A program made the translations under genes and the position numbers. From NCBI GenBank assembly GCA_951406725.2, contig OX597824.1, positions 55,924,001 through 55,988,000 of the forward strand: a stretch of 64,000 nucleotides of DNA. Direction: 5' to 3'. Source of the stretch: Octopus vulgaris. Lineage: Eukaryota. Each line of letters opens with the position of its first letter. The stretch's first letter is position 1. Positions 30,331 to 44,137 of this stretch are shown in pieces. Under the pieces are notes generated by a model. It saw only the letters and a list, made by a program, of their open reading frames with translations. It was not told the origin of the DNA and did no database searches.

Positions 30331-31747
30331 GGCAGATAATCTAGAAAATCTAAGTGACAAACTTATTCACACACCCAGCTACCTTGGTTGAAGAGTATTC
30401 AAAGTTAGAATACTCAACATCCCACTAGAGATAAACACCTGCTGGTTGGTGGCTGCAATTCTCTTCGACATGGAAAAATTACAATTTTACAAATACAGAA
30501 AATACACAGGCAGAAGTTGTTAGGATGGGATGCAGCGACTAATAGAAGCAGACTAACCAAGTGTTGAGGCTATCGTAGACTACATAAGCCTACAAAGTGG
30601 CACAAAGCTTCATGTGGCTGTTGAAGGCAGAAAGCCAAGATAGACTTGTGCAAGGACACAAATGACCACAACAAAAGAGAGAAGTGAGCCTCCCCATTTT
30701 TGCTGATGTCACCATCACCACAACAGCAACACCACCCGCAGAAGCAGGTTACTACTACAGCTGCAGAAACAACAGTAGCACTGACAGTAGTAGCAGCAAC
30801 AACAAGAATAACAATGGTGAGAGCAAGACAACAAACATAAAAGAGAACTCGCCAACATCTACAGCAGTAACAGCAACAGAATCCTCAAAACAACTTCATC
30901 AACAGAAAAACAACAAAAAGTTCTGCATGATTTGCCCCTCTTGTGTTCAGAGCAATTAGACATGTCCTGCGGTGAGGGGGAACATGAAGACCCTAATTGG
31001 CAAAAGATTCATAGATCAAACAAAAGAAAAAGTAACACCGACATAAACACAAAAAACTGGCTGGTATGACCAGAGGGGCAAGACACCATCAAAAACAAAT
31101 TCTTAAATACTTCCCCCTGTAGCAGCCACCCCAGTACTGTCAAGAACATCATCCCCATCACTACCACCACCACCACCATCACAAGCACAACTCAGTTCAC
31201 AATTTTTAGATCGCACATCTCAACACCAGCAAATGTCAAACATTTTGAATTACACAGCAATAAACACAAACAATAAAAAACTAATGGAACATATACAACT
31301 ATACAGACATCATATGCACTGACCTTATTACATCAAGAAACAACACACCAACACTCATGAAAATGATAGAATCATTGCAATACACATAAAACACCATTAA
31401 AACAAAATATTGTGAAGGAGAAAGGGGTGTCCAGAGAGACACAAATAAAAGAATATATTAAGATCTGCTTGTGGAAACATCCACACATATCTATGGAGAT
31501 GGAACATGCAACCCCTCCTCATCAACTAAATCAATGTAAGTAGCTTTTTCCACTTCTACATGTTAATCTAACATGGTCTTGCTCAGAGTAGGTAGTATAA
31601 ATGCACGTGACATGGAGTTGCCTTGGAAACAAGTCCATCTACCCAACAACATCAGGTCATTAAGTGTCTATGTAGTGGCCATCAGTGAAATCAGACTCTA
31701 CAGCTGACAGGCTTTCATGCCCATTTTCGGTGGATATGAGATATATT

Positions 31748-34640
31748 TGTAGTGAAATATATTGTTAGTACAAGCTGTTGATGTGGCTACGTGTATGTCA
31801 TTAAAAGAGTACATGGAGAAATGAAAGAATAAATTCAAAATCTATATATTTACTACATAAAAATATATGATGAGACATAGAATTAAATTGTAGAGACTAG
31901 TTAAATGAAGTAATCTATGCAAGAAAGTTCAGAGATAGAAAATGTAAAATAACAGTTAAGTGGTGGCGTAGAGAAATAGATGTACATAGCAATAACTAAG
32001 GAGTGAAAAGATGGGTTAGCAAGCTGTTTTTATTAATGGAATGCTAGACATTCTAGAGACTTCCAAGAGAAACGCTAAACTTCTTGAATAATTAAGATTC
32101 ATGTCTCATGGTACAGATGCTTTGAGAAACTTAGAAAAGGGAGGTTACTCTATTATCTTTCTTGCAAGGGAGGTCATTTAACTATTTATCTATCTACATC
32201 ACTACACCCACCTCCCCCAGGCAGAGGTAACAGTATACAATAATGGAAATAACAAAAATGTATACATCATAAAATGTCAAAGAATAGAAACAATATCACT
32301 GTTCAAAAATAAATATTTGTTAAATTCTTGGGCCAGTACACATGTCTGCTGCTTTTGATAGTCAAAGTTTATGAGGTTGAGTGTAAAGGATGCATTTGTA
32401 ATGCTGTGTGTGTTGTCTGAAGTGGGGGGTGAAAATAGTTTTTTTAAATGAGCCCTTTTTTGTCTATCAACTGAAATAGTGTCTTTATGACTGTTAAGGT
32501 CTAAGGTGAAAACTTTATCTGTGCCAGAAAACACACGAAAGGTCCTGCATACAGTGCTGTTAAAGGATGTTTAACGCCATCATTGCAGACAAAAACATGA
32601 TTCCAGGAAGAGTAGTCCTTAGATAAATATGTTTTAATGCCTGTTTTCTGGTGTTCCTATGTGGTAACTTTGACATATAATGACGCAAGTGTTCAACGAA
32701 ACTTGTGGTGTCAGTATATTGCATGTTTGCAGAAACAGTCAGCTGACCAGGTAGCGTAAAGGAAGAACCATAAAGTAATTCTGCAGGAGAATATCCAATT
32801 ATCTTGTTTGACAGAAGAGCGGAGACCTGAGAGAACAATAAGAAGAAATTCAATCCATCGAGATGAATCAGCAGAAGCACACAACAGAGCTTTAAGCTAT
32901 CAGTGAAATCTTTTGATCATACCGTTTGAAGTTGGGTGGTAACTGGTTACTTCCTAAAATTTTGGTAAGCTCCTGGAAAAGCTTAGCTTCAAATTGACGT
33001 CTGTTGTCATTGTAATATATGTCTCGAAACGAAAAATCCATCATGTGCCACAGTTTGAGAAGAGATATCTGTGAGTGGAATGACTTCTGGCCAGCAGGAA
33101 AAACGATCGATACAGGTTAATAAAAACATGTCCTGACTCACAGGCCAAGGTCCTACTGTATCAACATATATGTGCTGGAATCATGCATCTGGATTGGAGA
33201 AAGTACCTAACAGCACACAGATATGTTTGCATACCTTGGATCTTTGACAATTGACACAGGTCCAATTAGCTATGTCTCGATGCATGTTTGGCCAAATGAA
33301 ATGAGCTGAAATAAGCTTCAATGTTGCTGTTATACCAGGATGTGAAATATTGTGTAGTGCTGAGAAAACAATATGGTGATGCTTTTTTGGAACTAAAGGG
33401 CAAGGTTTACCAGAAGAAATATCGCAAAGGATCTGTCTGGCACCTGTGCGGGTGGCACGTAAAAAGCACCCACTACACTCACGGAGTGGTTGGCGTTAGG
33501 AAGGGCATCCAGCCGTAGAAACACTGCCAGATTTGACTGGGCCTGATGAAGCCTTCTGGCTTCACAGACCCCAGTAGAACCGTCCAACCCATGCTAGCAT
33601 GGAAAACGGACGCTAAACGATGATGATGATGATGATCTCTTTGTTTGATGTTGCAACTGGGAAAAATTGGAGGTCGAAAAGAATGGTTGATCTTGAGACA
33701 TTTCGTCCAAGATAAAGAATCTGCAGCAATGTTCTCAGAACCTGGAATGTATCGCATATCACTCATGAATTGTGAAATGTAATCCAAATGTCAAATGTCC
33801 CTCAGAGAAAATTTATCCAGCTTGCACTATAAAGTGAAAGATAACAGCTTATGGTCCGTAAATATTGTGAAGTTTTCCCCTTCCAAAATGTGTTGGAAGT
33901 GTTTAACCGAGAGTTGAATAGCTAACAGTTCATGACTGAATGTGCTATATTTAGTTTCAGCTGGTTTTAACTGCTTAGAGAAAAATGCCAGATGTTGCCA
34001 TTTGCCATGGTGGAGTTGTTGAATGACTGCACTGATGCCAATTTCAGAGGTGTCAACTACAAGATAATTTTGGCTTTAAGAACGTGGTGAACCAACATCA
34101 GAAGGCTGCATATTCAAATCACATCTGAGGCATCAATTAATGTACTGAAATATATAGCCAGTACAAGTTCTGATATGGCTGCATGTATGTTATTACAAGA
34201 GTTCACAGAGAAATTAAAGAATAAATTCAAGATATGTATATTTACTACATAAGAATATATTTTATTCTTCTTTTGATGATGAGGCATAGAATCAAATTGT
34301 AGAAGCTAGTTGAGTGAAGTAATCTATGCAAGAAAGTTCAGAGATAGAAAATGTAGAGTAACAGCTAAGTGGCGGCATAGAGAAATAGATGTACATAGCA
34401 ACAACGTGAATGGCTCTAAGTCTAATCGACTAAGGAGTGAAAAGACGGGTTAGCAAGCTGTTTTTATTAATGAGATACTAGACATTCTAGAGACTTTCAA
34501 GAGAAACACTAAGCTTCTTGAATAATTAAAATTCACATCTCATGATACAGATGCTTTGAGAAACTTAGAAAAGGGAGGTTACTCTATGATCTTTCTTGCA
34601 AGGGAGGTCATTCAACTATTTATCTACCTACACCACTGCA
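31748..34640 (-). mobile_element. Internally deleted Gypsy/Ty3 LTR retrotransposon with two LTRs
   Basis: Direct repeats 31748-32206 and 34141-34640 with TG...CA ends. Polypurine tract on the minus strand at 32207-32219. RNase H (FTIFTDHK, DYISQF...YIPGSENIAADSLS) and integrase (SPAELLYG) remnants. Flanks TATT/TACT. Confidence 0.88.
33436..33634 (+). mobile_element. RTE 3' tail fragment inserted in Gypsy pol
   Basis: GGCACGTAAAAAGCACCC...CCATGCTAGCATGG...(GAT)n. Confidence 0.88.
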
Positions 34641-37500
34641 TACTTATCTCCATGTCAACTGGGAATGGGAGGTGGAACTGTGATGTTGTTCTGGAGAGGC
34701 CGGAATCTCAAGACAAGGACTATCTTCGTGGACCCAGAAGGTCCTGGATATGAGCAGTAGTGATGGGGATGCTTTCAGACTGGTGCTTGTTTATTCGCTG
34801 ATAGGAGCAGTACAGCTGGGTTTCTTCAGATGTCTTGAGGTTTTCCTGAGAACGTCCCAACCTTTAGTGTTAGTGGGCAACTGGAATGCTGTATTAGAGC
34901 CATGTTTGGACTGCGTGGGGCTAGTAGATACAAGACAGGGTGGTAAAATCCTCACAAACCTGCTTAGACATTTCCAACTGTCTCAGGTACTGACTGGATT
35001 TCCCGAATGTGCCAATGTAGATGTGGATGAATTGCATCAGGTTGTCCAGGTTATCTAGATAGGGTATTCTGTAGGCCAGAAGATAAAGATTGCATTAGCT
35101 GTCCACTTTTCAAACTGGTTGGCTACACTGGCCACAAATCTTTGATCAGTATGGTTGATAGGCTTAGAAGGCAGGGACCCTGTTACTGGAAGCTGAGCAT
35201 ATCACTCTTGGCATGCCAAGCTTAGAGAGACTGGGTTATAGAATTAGTTAAGTGTGCATTGACAGTGGCACTAAATGGTGGTTTGCCCTGAAAAGGGCAA
35301 TTAGAGTAGAATCAGCTAGGTTTAGTAAGGCATTAGAGATAAAAAGGAATAAAATAGAAGGGGACTTAGAAACTTAGAAGAGGTGCTTAGGAAAGGCATT
35401 GCCACAAGATTGACTCTGGACCATTTCTTCAACACTAAACATGAAGGTTACATTGTCAGAGCTAAGGTGTGTGCCCTAAGACAAGAGAATGAAAGTCACT
35501 CAATAGGTCTGTGTGGCAACAAAGCCACAATTTGGTCTTTGGTGGACCAAAATGTGTATATGGTACTTGAGCCTGTGCAGATATGTGTGGCATTTCAGCA
35601 GCACTTCACCCAACTGTTTGAGATGAATGGCAGTCTAGAATGCAGGATGGACTTCTGTGCCTACCTTAACAGCATGCCACAACTCTTGAAAAGCAAGGCA
35701 GAGTGTTGTGAAATACTGATAACAGCAGGATAGTGGACAAGTCACCTGGTTTGGATGGTCTGCCCTATAAGTTTTACTTTTATATGCCAGACTTGTTTGG
35801 TAACCTTTTAGCAGATATCTATGGCAACTGGCAGCAGAACAGGAGAATTCTTAATTCTATGAGTCAAGGAGTGCTAGTACTGCTAAGAAAGAACCCAAAC
35901 AAGGAGGATTTAATAGAAAACTTTTGGTACATAATGCTGCTGAATGCAGACTTCATAATTTTGGCCAAGGTGTTAGCAAAGAGTTTAGTGCTTGTCATCG
36001 AGGAACTGATTGGTGATTTGCAAACATGCACAATCCCAAGCAGATGCATCCACAACAACCTCCACTTTATGCGAATCATCATAGACATGGTGAGTAAGGA
36101 ACCTGGCATGGGTGGGACCCTGATCAATTTGGATTAGTCTAAAGTTTTTGATAGGGTCGATCAATACTTTGTGGATGTTCTCACAGCGGCTGGTTTCCTA
36201 TTTTCCATGGCTGGATTGCTGCAATGTACAGTGATATTTGCTCAGTAGTTTGGATGAATGGTTACCTATTGGAGCCATTCAACATCATGTGTTCAGTTTG
36301 TCATGGGTGTCCCCTCTTGTTTCTTCTGTATGTACTGGCTCTTGAGCTATTACTGTGGAAATTAGAGGTGTTGAGAGGCATCCGGCATGAACTGGGACCT
36401 GGGAGAACCATGTTGGCATATACAGATAACATCACCATCAGTGTTGAACAGCAGGCACATAGACTTGGTCAGCACTGTTCTAAAAGAATACGAGGCAGTG
36501 ACAGGAGCAAAAATAAACCAAGAAGAATTAGGATGAGGTAATGAGCAAAGTGACCAATTTCACCAGAAATGGGCCAAATGAAAGCTATCCCTGAAAGGTC
36601 AGGCAGAGGTGGCGAATGCATACATCATCTGTCATATATTATTGTTTGACCATTGTGCCTTGCCTCAGTTTATGTCTGACAAAACTGAAACATGTACACT
36701 TCTACCTTCTGTAGAAACGGCACATTCCACTGGTCAGGCACTTCATTTGCTGTCAACACTTGCTGAATAGAGGGCTGGGCATGCTGTGGCTGCTGGTGTG
36801 CAGACATGCACTGAGGCTGCAACATCTCTAGTTCATCCTAGATGGTGAGCAGCTGAGGTCGCTATTTATCAAACACAATTTTTCATGGCCCATCACTTTG
36901 AGCTGCAGTCCTGGATCAAATGTAGACCGAGACAAAGTGCCTGGCATCTAGAGTGCTGCTGGTGGAAGTTCTACTCGTGTGCTATAAAGGGTTAGTAGTG
37001 GCCAAATGTGACATCATTCTTGAGGATTCTCTGGGTGTTGATGAAAATGAGCTAACTGGTTTGTTCCAGAGGACTTTCGGGCCAGGGCCCATGGATAACT
37101 TCCAGAAATCCCCGGCCTGGCAGTGCTGCAGGGAGGCATTAGCAGTTTGGAATAAATGGAAATGCTATCAGCTGGGCTTGCCCGAGGTGCATGTAGAACG
37201 ATGAAACTGTTCTGGATGCTCTTGTCCAGTGCCCAAGCATTGCTGACTTGTGAGTTTACATTGAACATCTGCTGTAGGACGGATCCAGTTATCAACTGAG
37301 TCTGTTATGAAGAAAGGATTATTATTATTATATGTTTGACTTTAGCTTTGTATTTGTACAAGTTGTCTCCAAGTCTCACCCAGAGACCTCAAGAGACAAG
37401 TTAGAAGTTCATGTTGGTGTTATGCTTAGGGTGTCATATATTTTGTTTTGTACATAGTATTGTTCTAGAAAATATCATCATCATCATCATCATCATTATT

Positions 37501-38332
37501 AAGGCGGCAAGCTGGCAGAATCATTTGCACACCGGACGAAATGCTTAGCAATATTTTGTCTGCCACTATGTTCTGTGTTCAAATCCTTTTGGGGTTGATA
37601 AAGTAAGTACCAGATGAACCACTGGGGTTGATGTAATCGACTTATCTCCTCCCCAAAAACTGCTGCCCTTGTGAAAAAATTTGAAACCATTATTATTAAG
37701 GCAGCAAGTTGGCAGGATCATTTGCACGCTAGATGAAATTCATAGCAGTATTTCCTCTGTTGCTATGTTCTGAGGTCAACTTTGTCTTTCATCCTTTTGG
37801 AGGTCAATAAATTAAGTACCAGTGATACACTGGGGTTGATGTAATCGACTAGTCCACTTACCCCAAATTTCAGGCTTTGTGCCTTTATTAGAAAAGATTA
37901 TTATTAAGATGGCAAACTGGCAGAATCATTAACATGTCGGGCAAAATGCTTAGCAGCATTTTGTCCATCTTTATGTTCTGAGTTCAAATTCCATCGAGGT
38001 TGACTTGCTTTAATTCTTTTGGGGTTGATTAAAATAAGTACCAGATGAGTACTGGGGTCGATGTAATTGACAATCTCCATCCCCCAAATTTCATGCCTTG
38101 TGCCTATAGTAGAAAGGATTATTATTATTGTTATTATTAAGATGGCAAGCTGGCAGAATTGTTAGTATGCCAGGCAAAATGCTTAGCATTTGTCCTTACA
38201 TTCTGAGATCAAATTTGCCTTTCATATTTTGGGGTCAATAAAATAAGTACCAGTTGAGTACTTGGGTTGATGTAATTGACTACCCTGCTCCCCAAAATTT
38301 CTGGCCTTGTGCCTATAGTAGAAAGGCTTATA
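37501..38332 (+). mobile_element. Four tandem copies of a ~200-bp tRNA-like SINE separated by (ATT)n
   Basis: Units start AAGGCGGCAAGCTGGCAGAATC (or a close variant) at about 37501, 37698, 37906 and 38139. B-box-like GAGTTCAAATTCC; most end GTAGAAAGGATTATTA. Further copies at 40945-41152 and 42943-43060. Confidence 0.85.
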
Positions 38333-38399
38333 ATTATTTTATGAAAACATGCAGCTTATTTTGCTGGCTATGATGGAAAGTGTCAGCTGTCTACAGCCA

Positions 38400-40228
38400 G
38401 CAGACTAAGGTGATACTTGTTTACTGGTCATGCTTCAGGGACCCTGTGAAGAATCCTTGCAGTTCTAAGCAGTGCTGATTTTTGTAGGTATTTTTCTTTT
38501 ACATTTGTATCAATCTTTTAAAGCCATGTTGGTAGTTGTGTGCACCAATTACTATTGGTACCATGTCTACTCTTCTCATTGACCACAACCTTCAAATTTC
38601 CCACTTCAAATTGTCATTATTGTTCATTTTTCTTTGATCCTGTTGTCACGAGGACATGCTATGTTGATTATCATGCATGTTCTTTTTTTTTTTTCACCAC
38701 AACCATATCCATTTTCTGATGTCTGGTTAGGTAATCACACTGAATCATTGCATCCTGCAGGCTTTTGTAATTTTTATTCTTGGTGACTCCTGGGGTTTGC
38801 TCAGACCATATCTTCACTCTTTAAAGGCTGTAATTTCCACAGAGCTCCCAATGGATCATTCTTGCTACATTGTTATGTTGTCTTTTGTATTCACGCCCCT
38901 CTCATCACACATTCTGCATTTGTTGCTGATGGTAGTGTTGTCAATTCTGCACTTCACCTAGTTAGTCCTTAACGCTTGTTCTTGAGCTGCGCATATAAGT
39001 GCTTCTGTCTCTGTCTTCAGGTCACTTCTCATCCATAGCCACTGATCTTTTGTATCTGTTTTGGCATTTGTATCTCTTGCAAACTGACCATACATTTTTT
39101 CCCTCCTTCCATGCTGTTTCTTTTGTGTTCTTTTCCTCTTTTGAGTTTTTCTTTCTTTACGCAATTATCAGTTTTAATGACCCTGGCCTTCACATGTTTT
39201 AACAATGGTTCCGCAGTATTTTTTTACATACCTCCTTAAGCTGTTTTCCTCTGCTTTGATATAATCCTGGTAACTGATCAAACCTCTCCCACCCTTTCTT
39301 CTGGAAAGTACAGCTTATCAGTGTCACTCTTAGGATGGAAGGCTCCATGCACTGTCAACAATTTTCTTGTCTTTGTATCCATGTTCACCAGTTCTTTCTT
39401 TTGTCATTTTATGATTCCAGCTCCATACTGAAGTGATGCTATCACCCATATATTAACTGCTTGGATCTTATTCCATCTGGCCACGAATTGGCTCCTGTGC
39501 CGGTGACACATGAAAAGTACCATTCAAATGTGATCACTACCAGCATCGCTTTACCGGCACATGTGCTGGTGGCACGTGAAAAGCAACATTTGAGCGTGGT
39601 CGTTGCCAGTGCCGCCAGACTGGCTCCCATACAAGTAGCATGTAAAAACACCTTTTGAGTGTGGTCGGTGGTGGCAGTGTTGTCGTCGTTGGTGGTGGCA
39701 GCATTAGTGTCGTCGGCGTCGGCAGCATCAGCATCAGTTTTGAGTGCAATACCAATCTTAGTCTTCAGAAATATTCTATCCTCAGTTGCTATTTCATTTC
39801 CTTCTCCATTATCTCATTTAACTCTAATATGCCCAGGTATTTGTAGCCTTCTGTTTCAGTTTGTTTAAGCAGTTCTCTATTAGGTAATTATTATTATTAT
39901 TTTCCCTTTATCACAGGTTTTGTTGGAGCTCCTGGAGTCTTGCCTGTGTAGCAGGCTTACTACCTGCAGCCTACGGTACCATGCTATTCATTCTTTTCAG
40001 CTATCTAATACTTTCCTGATTATTCTGGCTGTGCCAAGGAGGCAAACCTTTTGTAACAGTTCTACTGGGCACTCTATTCCAATTTCCTGTATATTCTTCT
40101 TGATGCCTTCTGATACTGTTTCCAAGGACCCAACAGTAATTGGCACTATCTTCACTTTCTTCATTTTCCATAGTCGGGCTATTTTGTACTTAAGAGGGTT
40201 GTAACTGTCCATCTTTTTGTCTTCCTTA
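38400..40228 (-). mobile_element. Degenerate R4/Dong-clade LINE fragments
   Basis: WLWMRSDLKTETEALICAAQEQALRTN and LKYKIARLWKMKKVKIVPITVGSL...LQKVCLLGTARIIRKVL. Interrupted by an RTE 3' UTR piece (about 39477-39655). Confidence 0.8.
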
Positions 40229-40263
40229 TTATTATTATTATCATTATTATTATTATTATTATT

Positions 40264-40810
40264 GAGTGAGAGAGCAGTTCATGCCATCAAAGTGACACTG
40301 GGGTAAAATATACGAAGCCCAATATACCCATCATGACTACCCGTCTGATAAAGGTACACCAGGCACATGCATCACAACCATATGTGCACGACATGGTGAT
40401 CTCATATCAAGATAAACAGCACATGACCTTGCAGGTGGGGCCCAGTTAGAATTTTCTTCAGGTTGAGTAGCCCATCCCGCTCAAACGGTCCCTGAATAAG
40501 GCTTGTTTAAGGATGTTGAAAGAACCACCCATGTTTCCAGAGGTGAACTATTCAAACCCCAAAGAATCCCTCTCAACACATGGCTATGATGCTCCCCCAC
40601 TACTTCTGCTCGTGATCAGAGATGCACATATCGTCAGCCACTAAGGGACATGCTCAACTGGTTACGGTCAAACAACTGACAAGCAAATCTGTGGTATTGA
40701 GCAGAATATTTGCTGTAGCCCATCTTTTATACCAAGACAAAACAATGTACATGATAACACTTCCAACCAGTTAAGATCAGAAGCCATGAGAGCCACTGCC
40801 TGGTACTGCA
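40264..40810. mobile_element. ~550-bp non-coding interspersed element embedded in (ATT)n
   Basis: Complex sequence flanked on both sides by (ATT)n/(ATC)n, with no convincing ORF. Family assignment uncertain. Confidence 0.55.
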
Positions 40811-40876
40811 TTATTATTATTATCATTATCATCATCATCATTATTATTATTATTATTATTATCATTATCATCATCA

Positions 40877-40928
<52 letters not shown>

Positions 40929-41174
40929 GATAATGATGTTGACAGTGAGCTAGCAGAATTGTTAGCACGCTGGGTGAAATGCTTAGTGGTATTTCATCTG
41001 TCAATACATTCTGAGTTCAAATTCTCCCGAGGTCAACTTGGCCTTTCATCCTTTCAGGATAGATAAAGTAAGTACCAGTTGTATACTGGTGTTGATGTAA
41101 TCAACTTAATCTATTCCCCCAAATTTGAGGCCTGTGTTTCCAGTAGAAAGAATTATTATTATTATTATTATTAT

Positions 41175-42192
41175 TCAGTAGTTTTATTTTTTATAGCGTG
41201 CTTTCACTTCACTACCGAGCGCAGCTCTGTGTGCCTTGGGTATGTGCTGTGATTTGTTGTGATGCTCTGATGGTTATTGTATGGAAAGTGTTCTGCGTAG
41301 GATGTGTGCAGTGCCTAGTAGTGCAATTTTCTGTATGTTATATGTGTTTGTAGGTCCTGGTGTTTTTGTTATGTATTTGTCTGAATATTTTTTTATCATG
41401 CCTAATGCACCTACTATGATAGGAATTGTTTCTGTTTTTAGATTCCACATTCTGGTTACCTCTATTTCCAGGTCTTTATATTTTGAAAGTTTCTCCATTT
41501 CTTTTAGAGACACATTGTCATCTGCCGGTATTGATACATCAATTAGAAAGCATTTTTTTCTTCATGATCTCTGACAACTATATCTGGTCTGTTGGCCTTA
41601 ATTTCTCTATCTGTGTGTATTGGCATATCCCAGAGTATGGTTGCTTTCTCGTTTTCTGTGACCTTTTCTGGTGTGTGCCTATACCATCTTTTTTCTGTTG
41701 TTATTCCATAATGTTGGCATAGCTTCCAGTGTATGTAGGTTCCAACTCTGTCATGTCTGTGAATATATTCCTTCTTAGCCAGGACTGGGCAGCCAGAGAT
41801 AATATGATTTATTGTTTCTTGTCCATTTCCACATATTCTGCAGTTACTTGTTATATTTCTTTTCATTACATGTTTTTGGTAATTTCTGGTGGGGAGGCTT
41901 TGGTTTTGTGCTGCAATTAAAAATCCCTCTGTCTCTGCTTTGAGTCCTGAGCTTCTCAACCATTGCTGGGATTTTTCTTTGTCTATTTCTTTTGCATTTA
42001 GTTTAGTCCAGTATTTACCATGAAGGGGTTTTTCTTGCCATCGTTTTATCATGGTTCTTTGCTGTTCTAGTTTTAGTTTGAATTTCATTTGTTTTATAGC
42101 TTTTGTTGTTTCGTCATCTTCTTCTTCTTTATATTTGTTAGGTGGTATGATTTCTTGTTTGTATTTGTCAGCCTCCTTAAATACTGAGAACA
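41175..42192 (-). mobile_element. R4/Dong-clade LINE 3' part (CCHC finger plus restriction-like endonuclease)
   Basis: CRICGNGQETINHIISGC, RHDRVG, NRPDIVV...IDVSIP, EKLSKYKDL. One frameshift in the T-run near 41553. The 3' end runs into (TAA)n. Confidence 0.92.
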
Positions 42193-42193
42193 G

Positions 42194-42227
<34 letters not shown>

Positions 42228-42352
42228 CGTTGTCGTTGTCGTCGTTGTTGTTGCTGTTGCTGCTGTTGTTGTTGTTGTTGTTTGATTTGATTTGATTTGA
42301 TTTGATTTGATTTGATTTGACTTGACTTGACTTGACTTGACTTGACTTGACT
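42193..42352. repeat. Compound microsatellite (TTG)n-(TTTGA)n-(CTTGA)n
   Basis: Directly visible. Confidence 0.95.
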
Positions 42353-43079
42353 CAAGATTGGTCTTATTTCTGTAGTATTTATGTGGGCAGTGGGTTACTC
42401 TAGATATCCACATAATTTCAGTAAACCATCAAGTACTGAAAACCCTTCTGATGATCTTTCCCTTTCCTAAGAAGCAAATCTTCAGTGGAATCTCTACAGG
42501 ATATTCTATTCCATTATTATGTGTACAACCTTTACAGATTTCATATTCCAAACCTTTGCAATCTCAAATTTTAAGAGGATAAATGTTTTTAACTTTTCAT
42601 CTTTCTTCAAAATCCTGGAATCAAATGCGCATGGCAGAATAATCAGTAAGGAAATCCACTTTTCCTTGTCTATTATTGTTTTATCTTATCCATTTGAATT
42701 GAAAAATCCCACAAAATATTGCATTTTTCTGAGTCAAGTACTCTTTCTACCTAAAGATATGATATCTTATGTGCTTCCAGCTTTAAACTTCCATTTCTGA
42801 CAAAGCTTCCAGTGTAAAACTTTCACCACTTGATCATGCCTTCATTTCTTATATTCTCCCCAGGCCAACTTGGGGCATTCTGCAACAGTGTGTGCCATTG
42901 TAATGTTTCATCCCAAATTCCTCATATCCCCCTCCTCCTCGAGCTGACAGAATTGTTAGCACTCTGGACAAATAAGTGCCAGTTGAACAGTGGGATTGAC
43001 ATAGTCGACTTACTCATTCCCTTGAAATTGCTGACCTTGTGCAAAAATTTAAAACCATTATGATGATTATTATTATTGT

Positions 43080-43560
43080 TGTTGTTTACATTGTTGTTCA
43101 TTTATACAAGCTGTTCCAGTGCCACCCAGAGGTAACAGCAAGTATTATGGGTGTTATCTATGTTTAGCAGTGATATATCGTAAGGAAAAGAGACCAGAAT
43201 TTGAGAACTAAGATTCTGTTAAATTTGTAATATTTCAGTTTTGAAAAAGTTTTAAGAGGATCAGGTATTTGTAGGTTAACAATGTTTTTCTTAGAATGAG
43301 AACATTTTCTTTTATAGTTCTTATGCTTTTGAGTTTCCTAGTATTTGGCCACAGTGTTCAAGAGCACTATTTGGTATTATTCCCAAAGCTCCAATGATCA
43401 CAGGTATAGTTGTTGTTCTTAGATGCCATATATATGAGACCTCTATTTTAAGGTCCTTGTATTTAACTTTTCAAATGTTTTCACAGAAGTGTTGCAGCCT
43501 GCTGAGATTGACATATTTATTAGCAAATGTTTTGTCATTGTGGTTGTTTTACTTGAATAG
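43080..43560 (-). mobile_element. Old R4/Dong-like 3' remnant
   Basis: Minus-strand DLKIEVSYIWHLRTTTIPVIIGALG at about 43380-43457. Confidence 0.6.
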
Positions 43561-44137
43561 CTCAATCAGTTTGAATGCTAAAGTCCTAAAGAATGGTGAT
43601 GTCTTATTTTCTATTACTTTGGGAAACTTATGTTCCCACAATTTCTTCTTATACAGGAATCCAAACTTATAGCATATGATGCAATGCAACAAATACTGAC
43701 CAAATCTATCATGGTAATTAGTATACTAATTTGATCCATGCTAAACTGCAAATACTGCATGTATTAGATACCTTCTCATGAAGCTAACAAGCACAAATTT
43801 ACGTTCAGCAATTTAACTGTGAATCCTGGGCAACCTTTGCCTGCTGCTGATATATTAGTGTTTTTAGCACTATACATATGTATACAGATCACTGATCTTT
43901 AAGTAATACTGCCTGCATCACTAATAATGAATTTCTGTTCATCCTGTTGGTTAAATGTGACATCAGTGATCTTTTAATCACTGTTTAACTACATCAGTTG
44001 ACAGCCAATGTTTGGTTGTCATGAGATGGCATAGATATTTGCTATTGAAGAAGTTGACAAACAAATTTAGATCTGGCAATTTCACCCCCAATGCCGAACA
44101 AACTTCACCTGCTGCTAGTATTTCTCTGTGTTTTTAA

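Larger units (their letters stand above)
30340..37315 (+). mobile_element. Degenerate Tx1/L1-like LINE interrupted by a Gypsy element
   Basis: Endonuclease start VGSINAR...VVAISEIRL at about 31590-31700 resumes at about 34750 (FRLVLVY...LVGNWNAVL). RT remnants KSPGLDGLP, MLLNADFIILAKVLA and CHGCPL. Outer boundaries are approximate. Confidence 0.75.

Noticed and set aside
37501-38332. CRISPR-like or tRNA gene array
   Set aside because: The units are diverged ~200-bp SINE copies with no unique spacers and no complete cloverleaf, in a eukaryotic context.
41543-42355. Poly-Gln N-terminus on the R4-like ORF
   Set aside because: It is the translation of the flanking (TTG)n/(TTTGA)n microsatellite.
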